The notes beneath the pieces are model-generated. The model made no database searches. It was not told where the DNA came from and saw only the letters and a list, made by a program, of their open reading frames with translations. Both the position numbers and the translations under genes were made by a program. From positions 63,397 to 127,396 of IMG/VR virus record IMGVR_UViG_3300035670_000044: a DNA stretch of 64,000 nucleotides. One strand, 5' to 3'. Origin of the DNA: a virus. Positions 29,525 through 39,793 of the stretch are shown here, in pieces. Positions within the stretch are counted from its first letter, which is position 1; each line of letters opens with the position of its first letter.

Positions 29525-32500
29525 GTGGATCGTATTGTATTTCAAAACGGCAGAGCCGTGTCCAGCCAGTACCTTAATTCTGTCCAGGAAGGTGCAAAGT
29601 TTACTGGGGACACCAGGACTAACTACTACGCTGATCCAACGACGGGAGACGAAGCGGGTTGGGAGATCGGTCAGCGAGACGGAATCAAGGACTGGGAGAT
29701 CGCTGACCCCCGTGTTGATAGAGAGTCCTCTTTGGGGCGTAGCGCACATGACGGTATTGTGCTGGGTTGGAATGGTACAAGCGTGGTGGTGCCGGGTGTA
29801 CCTGCCACCCGTCCCTCTGGCTCCAGCGGGGTCGGAGTCACGGTTGAGGCCGGCACGTTCATCAGCCGTAACGGTAACCAGGTATCTTGGTCGCGCCAGC
29901 TTGTTCAAATTCTAGGCGGAGGCAATTCCGTCTCGTACTTGTACGTTCTTGACGACGGCAGCAATCCGGTTACAGTTTCAATGGGTAATTCATTGCCCAG
30001 TGTGACAGCCGCTCACGTTCCCCTCGCCCGAATCCAGCTTAATTCGACAGGGAACGGCCTGGCCACACATCCTACCACCGGAGAAGTAGTCGGCACTGGG
30101 TATATCGACCTCCGCCCCAACACATTTGTTGGTAACCTCAACTCCTACCCACAAAACCTCACCAACACTGCCATTAAGTCAGCGGACTACACCGCTAACG
30201 TTTGGGATCGGGTCATTGCTGACACCAGCAACGGTAGCACCATTATCACCCTGCCCGAGTCACCCTCTGATTCAGATCGCGTAGCCGTTGTAGACATTAG
30301 CGGGACGTTTGATAGATTCCCACTGATCATTCGTCAAAACCCGATCAGCAGTGAGTTCCTTAATAACTCTTCGGACGACTGGATCATCAATATTCGAGAC
30401 GCACACCTGGAATTATTCTTTCACGACGCGACTAACCAGTGGAAATTTGAAGAAGCTCCTGGGTCTGAATGCAATCCGGTCCTGGGGACATTCCTCTCCT
30501 GCGGCGGTCGTGAATTTATCGGAGATCGTGTAGCTACAGAGTGTCCTGATGGGGGCGCACTTCCTTCGCGTTATCCTAACCAAAGTCCGGGTACTTACGA
30601 GTTCGAACCATCCCCCTCAGATCCGGCTCTCGGTAAGTGCTATAGGTCCTACAACAACCTGGTTGCGCTGTTTGCGAACGGAACCGGCGGGCTGATCAGT
30701 GTAACCAACGCCCCCCGCTGCGACCGGAATGGTGCAGCTCTATCTACTTCAACTACCCGAAATACCATCTACATCGACCCGAGCATTGGTGACGACTCGA
30801 TCGGAAACTCTGGTACTGACCAAAACCGTCCTTTCAGAACCCCAGAGCGAGCAATTATTGAGGCGGTGAGGGAATCGCGCCGATCCGGGCAATCCAATGA
30901 CCGTTACGACCGGGTAATGCTCGAACTCGCCCCTGGGGACTACTACATCGATAACAGCCCTGGATCCTTGGCAACTTTGTCAATCACCGAGGACACCGGA
31001 CTGATTCAGAGGACTAATACGACATACAGGGTCGGAAGTGTTCTGGTCGGAGATCGGGTTACCCATCTTACCGTAGATGTGGGAGACCCGGTGTCCACTC
31101 AGCCCCCACGCCCCCTAAACCTGGGCCGAGTTCTATACTCTGAGTCGGGCGGCGTAGGAAACATCTCTCGGATCGAAAAACAATCGTCGTCCAGCTCGAA
31201 CTGGATCGTTACTCTTGAATACGTTAACGGTTCTTTTAACGTAAACGACGAGCTTTATTACGACAACCTCGCTGTTGTCAACCCCCAAACCGGTGGACTT
31301 ATCGTACCCCGTGGCATCTCCATTGACGGTACCGACCTCCGAAAGGTCAGGCTCCGCCCCATGTACGTGCCTGAGCTGACCCCCGTTCAGAATGATCCTC
31401 AGGTCAACCGGACCGCCATCTTGAAAGTGACTGGGGGCACATATGTGTCTCTGCTCACCTTCACTGACAACCCCCAGTACGCCCGCAGCCACAACACCGT
31501 GACTTCGGTGGCATTTGCGTCACAAGCCGAAATCAATGGTGGTGGAACCGAAACCCCGTACTACAGCCGTCTCAACAATTTGTTCCAGGAAATCGATAAC
31601 TGGGGGGCTGAAGGCCTCGAGGCCATCCCGGCCGAGACTACCATTGTAGCTCCGATTGCCAGCAGCAAAGCCAACAGAGCCCAGGATCTCGAAGAGAACC
31701 AGACCGGGCTGTTGGTGACTGGTGGTGACAGTCGTTCTAACGCACCTGTCTCTTACCCCGGAGCAACCCGTATCCGTGACACGGACGGTTCGATTGTCCC
31801 GCTGCCGGATATCAACAGCACGAGATCGTCCTCTCCGTACGTGTTCAACTGTTCCGTCCGGTCGATTTTCGGACTGAATGGTTTGTGGGCTGATGGCTCT
31901 CGTGTGGCCGGCTTCAAGTCGATGGTTACAGCGAACTTCACCCAAGTCTCCCTGCAGACAGACCCGAACTGCTTCGCCCCTACCACATATTTCCAGGATC
32001 CTCCTACCGACAAAGAGTCCGGAACCGGAAAACAGTATAAAACCTGCAGCACCGACTTGTTCAAGTACCGCCACTTCGGTATGCGTGGTAGCAATGATGC
32101 CACCATCCAGATTGTGTCGGTATTTGTTATTGGCAACTCCGATCACTTCGTTTCAGAATCCGGAGCAGACCTTTCAATCACCAACTCCTGCTCGGATTTT
32201 GGCGACATCTCATTGCGGGGTATCGGGTACAAAGATAAGTCGTTTAGTCAGGACGAGGCTACAACGGCACCGGGGTATAGCGGCACCCGCATCACCCAAA
32301 TCATTCCGCCACTCCCTCTCTCTTACTCCCCCCTCTCCGACGGTCGTCCTGCCACCTTAGAAGACACCGAGATTAATACTGGATTGACGATAGACTACAA
32401 CAAGACTCTGGCTTACACCTATAAGAACCGTACTCCTGGTGGTGACTCTCCGAGCACCATGCGGATATATGTTCAAAACTCCAACACCGCGTCGGTACTA

Positions 32501-34693
32501 TCGCTAGTTAATCCCCCATCCGCCTCCGACATCGCGTTCGGGCAGTTCTCTTACACCAACAAGGTAAGTGAAGGGGTGTGGGAGCTGGCCGGAGGACCCA
32601 GCCGAGCCAACCGTAAACGGGTCTATGTGAGTGGTTTTGACGAGCTGGGCAACTCCATCCTGTACGCTGGTAATCTCACCCTCCCTGATCCACTTTCTTC
32701 CCAGGGCTTCTCAGCTCTCGACGACAGGTCTAAGATCTTTGTGTGGGATCCGGCTCCTCAGGACTATAGCGGAACCCCTGGTGGAGTAAGTGATCTCCCG
32801 AACACCGTCATTGGCTCTGGAGCGTGGTACATTCCAGTAACTTACTCAGACATTCTGGAGGAAGAAACTGATCTGGATGACGACGGGTACCTCCTAAAGC
32901 GTTTTGACTACGCATTCCGGTATAAACTCCTCGGGTCACCTTCCGGGTCCGAGGAAGTATTTTCCACCCTTGATTTCATCTTTGACAAAGCTCCGGTAAA
33001 AATTATCAGGGCTAACGACAAACGTAAAGCCGATGATCGGGTGTATCGAGTTGTCCTTGACGGTTTTATCAAGGAAGAACGTGGAATCCGTCGTCCCCAA
33101 CCTTACTACATCATGGAGAAGCAGGTTGGTGTGGCGGGATACCCCCTCAACTCCGGAACCGATCTCCTGTCCGACCCGTTAACCATTACGCAGGTCCGGA
33201 CATACGACGAGGTATTCAGGCCCGGAAAGCTTGATGTTCAATTCCCAGGCCAGTACGTAACCTACCTAACCCAGGGTTCTAAGGCCCGTGAAGTCTTTAC
33301 ATCCGACCACTACCCCAGCCTGGATCGAGATTACCCTGAACTGACCGAAGACCCCAGCGACAGCCCTACCAAAGTGGCTCTGGAGGCCATGAGGGCCCGT
33401 TCTGGGGTGTGGTTCAGTATTGGTTCAAGCCCCCTAGGCCCATCGGTCACTCCGATCACAATCAAAACATCTTCCGGTGCCAGCACTACCGGATTCCGTA
33501 TCGGTCTTCGTCGCCCTAGCGTAATTCGAGCTTCCAGCCACACCTGGGAATGGACTGGTTACCTCAACTACGACACCGCTTTCCCCACCTTCCAGGGCGA
33601 TCCTCTCGAGCAGGACTTCGCCCTCGGAAAGATCATTGTGGAGGAAAGTGGCGGACGCGTATATGCCACCGGCATGAATGAAGAAGGCAGCTACTACCTG
33701 GGTACTACCGTGTTCGATCTGCGCTCCGGTGAGCAATTTGCGATCCCCCTGTCATCGGATGGAGAACCAGGAAACGTAACCAACCAGGTACTTAACAACG
33801 TCATTGTCCGAACCACCTTGCTGATGCAGGATGGGTCGAGTCTGGTGATGGGTCGAGACACCACTCTGTTCTTCAGCAATGATACTCAATTCAAGTCTTT
33901 AACGTCTGGGGATATCGTAGCTAGCCGCAACCCTCCTGCGGTTTATGCTACCAAGTCCCGAGCCGGACTGGTGCAACTGGCCGACAGTTCGATGATTAGG
34001 GGTGCGAAGGGAACTTCGGCGACTGGCGTAAGCGACAAGGCCGTTGTAACCGCACTCGATCTGGCTAACGAACTAGACGTCCGGTTTACCAATAGTGTGT
34101 CCGGGGGTAATGGGGTCATTGTTACCCAGGCTCAAGTAGAACTCCCCGGAGGAGACCCTAACGACCCTAACGACAACATTACCCAGTTTGTCATCGCAGT
34201 AAATCCCGAGTTTGGTGGATTCACCCCAATCGGTGGCATTATCATGTGGTCTGGGAGCTCAAATACAATTCCTGCCAATTGGTCACTTTGTAACGGGTCT
34301 AACAACACCCCGGATTTAAGAAGTAGATTTATTGTTGGTTCCGGGGGAACGTTCACTACAGGAAATACGGGCGGTAGCGCTAATTCCGTAGTAGTAGCCC
34401 ACTCACACACCGCTACCTCTAGTGTGACAGATCCGGGTCACTCTCATCCACCCGGAACTAATCCGGATGACGGGTCGGCGTTAAATTACACTGGCCAAGT
34501 AGCTATACAAACAAATGAAATGCTGCTTGAGGCCAATGTGGCCCCTTCCAGCAAAGGAACGACGTTCACACAAACTGGAAACGCTCAGACTGGGGTCACT
34601 GTTAGTACTACTGTAAATTCGTCTGGTGTTTCAGGTACAAATGCCAACCTCCCACCTTACTACGCCCTGGCATTTATAATGCGAGTGTCGTAA
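29525..34693 (+). CDS. Long tail fibre protein
   Basis: 1722 aa. gp34-like ADTSNG..ITLP.SP repeat, beta-helix-type region (IYIDP..GDD..PFRT), SHTWEWTGYLNY block, C-terminal collar PIGGIIMWSG..CNG..TPDLR..NLPPYYALAFIMR. Confidence 0.85.
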   Translation: MDRIVFQNGRAVSSQYLNSVQEGAKFTGDTRTNYYADPTTGDEAGWEIGQRDGIKDWEIADPRVDRESSLGRSAHDGIVLGWNGTSVVVPGVPATRPSGSSGVGVTVEAGTFISRNGNQVSWSRQLVQILGGGNSVSYLYVLDDGSNPVTVSMGNSLPSVTAAHVPLARIQLNSTGNGLATHPTTGEVVGTGYIDLRPNTFVGNLNSYPQNLTNTAIKSADYTANVWDRVIADTSNGSTIITLPESPSDSDRVAVVDISGTFDRFPLIIRQNPISSEFLNNSSDDWIINIRDAHLELFFHDATNQWKFEEAPGSECNPVLGTFLSCGGREFIGDRVATECPDGGALPSRYPNQSPGTYEFEPSPSDPALGKCYRSYNNLVALFANGTGGLISVTNAPRCDRNGAALSTSTTRNTIYIDPSIGDDSIGNSGTDQNRPFRTPERAIIEAVRESRRSGQSNDRYDRVMLELAPGDYYIDNSPGSLATLSITEDTGLIQRTNTTYRVGSVLVGDRVTHLTVDVGDPVSTQPPRPLNLGRVLYSESGGVGNISRIEKQSSSSSNWIVTLEYVNGSFNVNDELYYDNLAVVNPQTGGLIVPRGISIDGTDLRKVRLRPMYVPELTPVQNDPQVNRTAILKVTGGTYVSLLTFTDNPQYARSHNTVTSVAFASQAEINGGGTETPYYSRLNNLFQEIDNWGAEGLEAIPAETTIVAPIASSKANRAQDLEENQTGLLVTGGDSRSNAPVSYPGATRIRDTDGSIVPLPDINSTRSSSPYVFNCSVRSIFGLNGLWADGSRVAGFKSMVTANFTQVSLQTDPNCFAPTTYFQDPPTDKESGTGKQYKTCSTDLFKYRHFGMRGSNDATIQIVSVFVIGNSDHFVSESGADLSITNSCSDFGDISLRGIGYKDKSFSQDEATTAPGYSGTRITQIIPPLPLSYSPLSDGRPATLEDTEINTGLTIDYNKTLAYTYKNRTPGGDSPSTMRIYVQNSNTASVLSLVNPPSASDIAFGQFSYTNKVSEGVWELAGGPSRANRKRVYVSGFDELGNSILYAGNLTLPDPLSSQGFSALDDRSKIFVWDPAPQDYSGTPGGVSDLPNTVIGSGAWYIPVTYSDILEEETDLDDDGYLLKRFDYAFRYKLLGSPSGSEEVFSTLDFIFDKAPVKIIRANDKRKADDRVYRVVLDGFIKEERGIRRPQPYYIMEKQVGVAGYPLNSGTDLLSDPLTITQVRTYDEVFRPGKLDVQFPGQYVTYLTQGSKAREVFTSDHYPSLDRDYPELTEDPSDSPTKVALEAMRARSGVWFSIGSSPLGPSVTPITIKTSSGASTTGFRIGLRRPSVIRASSHTWEWTGYLNYDTAFPTFQGDPLEQDFALGKIIVEESGGRVYATGMNEEGSYYLGTTVFDLRSGEQFAIPLSSDGEPGNVTNQVLNNVIVRTTLLMQDGSSLVMGRDTTLFFSNDTQFKSLTSGDIVASRNPPAVYATKSRAGLVQLADSSMIRGAKGTSATGVSDKAVVTALDLANELDVRFTNSVSGGNGVIVTQAQVELPGGDPNDPNDNITQFVIAVNPEFGGFTPIGGIIMWSGSSNTIPANWSLCNGSNNTPDLRSRFIVGSGGTFTTGNTGGSANSVVVAHSHTATSSVTDPGHSHPPGTNPDDGSALNYTGQVAIQTNEMLLEANVAPSSKGTTFTQTGNAQTGVTVSTTVNSSGVSGTNANLPPYYALAFIMRVS

Positions 34694-34700
34694 AAAGAGA

Positions 34701-35000
34701 ATGTCCAAAACTAGACCCCCGGCGTGGTGGGGAAAATTCACCAGCTCCCTGCCAAAATTCGATCTGCCCGGAATCGAACCGGAGACATGGACGGTCGAAT
34801 TAGCTCAGAAATGGATCCGCGCTATTCCGGCCAAATGCCCGTTTGAGAGGGAGGTGTGGTGGAGAGGGATCCTGGTCCTGTATATTCCGGCTCTCTGTCC
34901 CCTCAATCCGATCTCGACTCAACTGTACAAGATCAGGATCGAGGCCCAGCAGTACCTATTGTCAGCGAACCCGGACACAACCGGTACTGATCTGAGCTAG
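34701..35000 (+). CDS. Mo-dependent nitrogenase C-terminal (Mo-nitro_C) domain protein
   Basis: IPAKCPFER..IPALCPLNP..R..A..YL matches the cyanobacterial IPxxCPFER/IPPLCKLNP signature. Confidence 0.8.
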   Translation: MSKTRPPAWWGKFTSSLPKFDLPGIEPETWTVELAQKWIRAIPAKCPFEREVWWRGILVLYIPALCPLNPISTQLYKIRIEAQQYLLSANPDTTGTDLS

Positions 35001-35078
35001 TCCACCCATAACCATTAGTTATCTGCTACATTGGTCTCATGGAGCGAATCCCGCTCCCATATCCAAAGAACCAACCCA

Positions 35079-36029
35079 GTGGCAACAACTACAGCTTTTA
35101 CAGTTAACACCATCAATGTGGGCACTAGCTCACCAGATCTCGCCCCCTTGGCCGGTCGCGAGTACCCTAGCCATTACACGTCACTCCCCAACGCAAACCT
35201 GCCCAAGGCAATGCGTCGGGATCTGGACAAAGTGTTCGTATCCCTTACAGGGGAAGAGCTCCCGCTTGAAGAGAATACCTTCCTGATCAAAGCGGAAGAC
35301 GGAGTTTACAACCGTCTGTTCGGTCCGATCCTCAAGGTAGGTGTTGATGGCATCGAAAACACCGAGGCCGGCAAAGCCTACATCCAGTGGGGCAACCGGT
35401 ACATTCCAGTGTCCCTGGGCAAATCGGGAGTCTCGGTTGACATCAACGGTCAAACTGTCTCCCTGGAATCGGAGTTCGCTGAGTTTAACTTCAGTGGTCG
35501 CGGCAACGACATCGGACTGATGGTCTCGGTCGACGAAGAGGACGGGTCGGGTCAGGTCGTACTCCCCATTGCTGTCCGCTTCACCGATTGGGAAAATCCC
35601 CCCGAAATCAAGGCACTCAACGCCATGATGAAAAAGGGCAAGGACGCCGACATTCTGTCCCTGATTCAAGAGGTGACTGCCCGAGGCACTGGTCGTCAGC
35701 AGGCCGACCATGAGATCGACTTCCGTGATCTCGATGAGGGAGAAAGCTTCACTGTGGTTAGTTACAGATCGGTAGATACAAAACATGGTGTTAGTTTTAG
35801 AGTTGTTTTGGGAGATCACCCTGTGGTCGGCGAAACATCTGAGTGCTGGGCTCACGCCTCCCTCCGACCTCTCCTTGCTACTCAGCCCGAGATATCGGTT
35901 GAGAAGCCCGCAACTATCCACATCAAGGAAAAGACTGTGGGTTCTGACGGCAAGGTCCGTATCCGTTGCTCGATGATCCTGTCCCAACAAGAGGAGGTTG
36001 ACAGTGACGCTCTAGACCTAAACTTCTAA
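35079..36029 (+). CDS. Putative single-stranded DNA-binding protein
   Basis: Beta-rich with acidic tail EEVDSDALDLNF; TGCTACATT promoter at 35024-35032; probable GTG start 35079. Confidence 0.5.
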   Translation: MATTTAFTVNTINVGTSSPDLAPLAGREYPSHYTSLPNANLPKAMRRDLDKVFVSLTGEELPLEENTFLIKAEDGVYNRLFGPILKVGVDGIENTEAGKAYIQWGNRYIPVSLGKSGVSVDINGQTVSLESEFAEFNFSGRGNDIGLMVSVDEEDGSGQVVLPIAVRFTDWENPPEIKALNAMMKKGKDADILSLIQEVTARGTGRQQADHEIDFRDLDEGESFTVVSYRSVDTKHGVSFRVVLGDHPVVGETSECWAHASLRPLLATQPEISVEKPATIHIKEKTVGSDGKVRIRCSMILSQQEEVDSDALDLNF

Positions 36030-36062
36030 AGGGAATTTGGACCACCCTAATCGGGTCTAAAT

Positions 36063-36097
36063 AAGGCTGAGGGGAAACTACTACCCCCTTGGCCTTT
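36063..36097 (+). terminator. Hairpin after SSB-like gene
   Basis: AAGGCTGAGGGG..CCCCTTGGCCTT followed by a weak U-tract; a second small hairpin lies at 36038-36060. Confidence 0.5.
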
Positions 36098-36135
36098 CCT
36101 ATCAAAAATTAAAAGTCCATGCTATAATCGTACCC

Positions 36136-37197
36136 ATGAGCAAAAAACCCAAACCAGACGACAACTTCGTCGTCTACGCTTATTCTCGCAGTGAGGGTAG
36201 TGAAAACGGCCCCGAGGATAGTTTTTACTACATTGGAAAAGGGAGACCTGAGCGCCCATACAACTGTAAAAGCAGGAAGCATATAAGATGCCCAAGAGAC
36301 AAAAAGAAGAATATTCATATTCTCCACAAAAGATTGAAAGAGAATGTAGCATTTGACTACGAGATAAAACTCATCCAATTTTATGGAAGAATTGATACTC
36401 AGGAGGGTTGGCAGACTCTTAGAAACTTGACTGACGGGGGAGAGGGAGTTTCTAATCCTTCCTCTGAAACTAGGAGAAAAAAATCAGTAAGATTTAAAGG
36501 TAAAAGAAACCCAATGTACGGAAAAATCCCTTCAAAGGAACATAGAGAACTAACATCAAAAATACACAGGGGTAAAAATAACTTTAATTACAAACCACGT
36601 AACTGGTACCATCCTGACTATGGAGTTATACTCCAAAAATCATGTTGCGATATCATAGAAATGTACCCTAAAGATAACTTAATATCTTCTGGACTTTCCG
36701 CAGTTGCTCTCGGTAAAAGAAAATATCACCGTAATTGGATGTGTCTAGGTGATGAAAAAAATCCACCAGAAGGAATCATGACTCAAGATGAAAAAAGGAT
36801 AGACTTGGGGAAAAGATTAGACTGGTATCACAAAGAACATGGAGAGGTTAAGGGCGTATCCGCCACTAAGTTGGCCAGGATGTTTCCTGAAAAGGGTTTA
36901 GACCCTAGCTGTCTAACCAAGGTCTCTAAGGGCAAGAAGAAAATCTACAAGGGGTGGGTACCCTTGAGCAAAAAGGAGCTGGCTGACAACCCCCCTGTCC
37001 GTGGCATTCTAAGAGACTGGTACCACCCTGATATCGGAATTGTCAGGGGAGTAACGGCGAGCCAAATGCCTAAAATGTTTCCTCAATATGGGTTACGGGT
37101 CGGTAGTCTCAACGATCTCGCCAATGGTAAACTGAGGACTCACAGCGGGTGGTCCTTGCCACCCTGTAGACTAGACGAGCTAACCCCCTCCTGTTGA
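36136..37197 (+). mobile_element. Free-standing GIY-YIG-type homing endonuclease with 3 C-terminal repeats
   Basis: VYAY..YYIGKG..R..E..LI.FYGR..LRNLTDGGEG, NUMOD3-like NPMYGK; AT-rich; TGCTATAAT at 36120-36128. Confidence 0.8.
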
Positions 37198-37209
37198 AAG
37201 CTAAACAGA
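37193..37209 (+). promoter_or_regulatory. Putative late promoter overlapping the endonuclease stop codon
   Basis: GTTGAAAGCTAAACAGA. Confidence 0.7.
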
Positions 37210-37222
37210 CACGACAAATCCC

Positions 37223-37783
37223 ATGACCGATACCGCCTCTGTCCCCTACGGCTGGACCTCTCCCGACCCGGACACAATCGCCTACGACTTTGGCGAGGCG
37301 AGATTCGGTAAAGCCCCTAATGACATCCAGGCTAACGATACCGGCACGGATGGGAAGAGCCAGGAAGATGAATACCATAGCGAGTCGGTGGAGGCCGACA
37401 GCGATCGGGGTCCGGCCAAGGTTGGCGGAGGCGAAAAATCCTCGTATGGCGGTACCTCGGACTACAAGCCGGAAGCCGGTGATAAGGATCCGGGAGATAC
37501 CGGCACACTCGACCTACCGGTTGGCCATATTGTCACCGAGAATGGCGTGGCTCAGGGGCGTAACTACTACCTCGTGCGGGATATTAAGACCGAGAAAGTG
37601 TATGGCGTCGTGCCGAACTTAAAGGAGGGCCAGCAGTACGAGACGGGAATGAAATCGAACCGTACCAGCGCTTTGGGAGACGTATACCGGGTACTTTCTG
37701 CGTCGTTGCCTGATTCGGTTCTCTCTCAGCTCCGCGAGAGATTCCCTGAGACCGAAGCCCTTACCAACGTCTACGACCGATAA
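37223..37783 (+). CDS. Hypothetical acidic late protein
   Basis: 186 aa, D/E/G-rich, N-terminal VPYGW. Confidence 0.6.
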   Translation: MTDTASVPYGWTSPDPDTIAYDFGEARFGKAPNDIQANDTGTDGKSQEDEYHSESVEADSDRGPAKVGGGEKSSYGGTSDYKPEAGDKDPGDTGTLDLPVGHIVTENGVAQGRNYYLVRDIKTEKVYGVVPNLKEGQQYETGMKSNRTSALGDVYRVLSASLPDSVLSQLRERFPETEALTNVYDR

Positions 37784-37855
37784 GAAAACCTGAACCTCCG
37801 GCCCACTTCTAATCAAAATCCCCTATACTGGACTTCTACCCCCCCCCCCTCACCC

Positions 37856-38866
37856 ATGCCGCCCCGCTCACTGCTATCGCACCCGCCAATGGTCTACAAG
37901 AAGGCGGGGGGATTTGAGTACCCTGAGTTTTTCGACTACTACCGTAAGGCGGTAGCTTCGGTTTGGAGGCCGGAAGAGGTGGCGATGGGGGCCGATGTTG
38001 CGGACTGGCAGCAAAACCTCAGCGAAAGCGAAAAGCAACTGATTGCTGGTGTGTTGCGCGGCTTCACTGTCATGGAGATGGGAATCTCGGAGTACTGGGG
38101 AGACGTGGTATGCCGGAAGTTCCCCAAACCTGAGATTTTATCTATGGCCCGGGCGTTCAGCTTTTTCGAGCAGATCCACGCTCAGGCCTACAACCACCTC
38201 TCCGACACCCTTGGAATCAACGAATCTGAGGCTTTCCTATCCGACCCGGCCGCACAGAAAAAGGTAGAGAAATTCTTCACGGAATGCAGCTCGGAAAAAG
38301 TGTCTCTGGCGGTATTCAGTGGTGCGGGGGAGGGGGTAAGCCTATTCGCGTCATTCGCACTACTGCTGGCGTTCAACAAAACTGGCCGGATGAAAGGGTT
38401 AGCCCAGATTATCTCCTGGTCTGTTAGGGACGAGCAAAATCACAGTGATGGCGGTTGCGAACTCTTCAAGAGGTTGGTGGAAGAAACAGGAATTACTGAT
38501 GAGGAGATTAAAGAGATTAGCGAGGGATTCAATACTGTACTAGAGAACGAGTTCAGTTTTCTAGATAACATCTTTGATAATATCGACAACTCGGAAATCC
38601 CTGTCCGACTGGAGGAAGCCAAGGCCTATCTTAAGCTCCGAACCAATAACCGTTATGGCTGGCTTAACCTGGACCTATCCATCCCCATGAGCGATCAGGA
38701 GAAAATCTCGGCGGCCAACATCTCCTCCTGGTTCGACCCGATGGTAAGGGGCCAAACCAACTCCGATGTCTTCTCTCAGGCAAAAGACGGGTCTGTGTAT
38801 GTAGCTAAGCCCTCCCAAGATTGGATGTCAGTCGATTTATCCGTTCTGGACTTGGCCCTAACATAA
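37856..38866 (+). CDS. nrdB: Ribonucleotide reductase class I beta subunit
   Basis: WRPEEV.M..D, EQIHAQAY, EGVSLFASF, RDEQNH di-metal ligands and radical Tyr. Confidence 0.95.
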   Translation: MPPRSLLSHPPMVYKKAGGFEYPEFFDYYRKAVASVWRPEEVAMGADVADWQQNLSESEKQLIAGVLRGFTVMEMGISEYWGDVVCRKFPKPEILSMARAFSFFEQIHAQAYNHLSDTLGINESEAFLSDPAAQKKVEKFFTECSSEKVSLAVFSGAGEGVSLFASFALLLAFNKTGRMKGLAQIISWSVRDEQNHSDGGCELFKRLVEETGITDEEIKEISEGFNTVLENEFSFLDNIFDNIDNSEIPVRLEEAKAYLKLRTNNRYGWLNLDLSIPMSDQEKISAANISSWFDPMVRGQTNSDVFSQAKDGSVYVAKPSQDWMSVDLSVLDLALT

Positions 38867-38877
38867 CCCTATCCGCC

Positions 38878-39042
38878 ATGTACCCGTACCCGAAACCGTA
38901 TCGCCAAGAACCAAACGGTCCCTGGATCATACAAACCGGGCGCGGAATACGAACCTACGACGACCCTGAGCTCGCCTGGAGCGCCTACTACTTCTCTAAA
39001 CTTCGATACGAAAAAGACCATGGAAAAAATCAAGCAGGTTGA
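38878..39042 (+). CDS. Small hypothetical protein
   Basis: MYPYPKPYRQEPNGPW..., GCCATG start, fills the gap after nrdB. Confidence 0.45.
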   Translation: MYPYPKPYRQEPNGPWIIQTGRGIRTYDDPELAWSAYYFSKLRYEKDHGKNQAG

Positions 39043-39193
39043 TAAAGACACCCGGTACATGCTCCAGGAGCACGGGACTGTCTGTCTAATCACCGAGCCA
39101 GGACGAGCCGACCGCCTCCTAGAGCTCGCACACAAGAGACGAGTGAACCAGGCTTGTTACTTACACTCCCCCATCGACTCCTGGGATATCTGA
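39020..39193 (+). CDS. Small hypothetical protein (57 aa, not in ORF track)
   Basis: Hand translation MEKIKQVDKDTRYMLQEHGTVCLITEPGRADRLLELAHKRRVNQACYLHSPIDSWDI*. Confidence 0.45.
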   Translation: MEKIKQVDKDTRYMLQEHGTVCLITEPGRADRLLELAHKRRVNQACYLHSPIDSWDI

Positions 39194-39198
39194 CGACC

Positions 39199-39675
39199 AT
39201 GGACATCAACATCAACATACCAGATGGGTGGGAAGTAGGAGAGACCGAATCGTTCGAGGAGGTGCCAGATCTAGACCCGAACGACGCCAAATCCGAGCAG
39301 TGGAAGCAGTGGAAAGACTCCCCGTACCAGATTAGTGATATGGGCCGAGTGAGGAGAGTTTATGAGAACGGAGAGATCAAGTACCGTAAACCCCGATCGG
39401 ATGACCGGGGGAAATACCGTGTCAACCTCACCTGGACACGCAACGGCACCCCATACCGAGAAGAGCCTTTCCAGCACCAAATGGTGATGGCCGTTTTTGG
39501 TCCCGAAAAACCAACCGGTGAGCACATTGTTGTGTGCCACAAAAAGCCAACCGGGCCCGACGGCAAGCCGGACAACCGCCTCTCCAACCTGTACTGGTGC
39601 GACCGAAGCCGGAACGTTGAAGACTCGTGGGATGATGGTCTGATGGATTCGGGAGCCGAATGGAAAGATGAGTAG
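39199..39675 (+). CDS. NUMOD4/HNH endonuclease
   Basis: EQWK..YQISDMGRVR, HQMVMAVFG, VCHK..DNRLSNLYW...N. Confidence 0.8.
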   Translation: MDININIPDGWEVGETESFEEVPDLDPNDAKSEQWKQWKDSPYQISDMGRVRRVYENGEIKYRKPRSDDRGKYRVNLTWTRNGTPYREEPFQHQMVMAVFGPEKPTGEHIVVCHKKPTGPDGKPDNRLSNLYWCDRSRNVEDSWDDGLMDSGAEWKDE

Positions 39676-39793
39676 TGTGCCCGACGAGCTGCTAGCTCAG
39701 CCTCCCTGACCTTTAAGCCGCTAACCGCCCCCACCCACCTCGACCCACGTGTCGGGATAAATTTTTGCACCCTTTAAATCTTCGTTAACTACT

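Noticed and set aside
34200-34693. Diversity-generating retroelement target at the fibre tip
   Set aside because: No reverse transcriptase and no template/variable repeat pair seen in the window.
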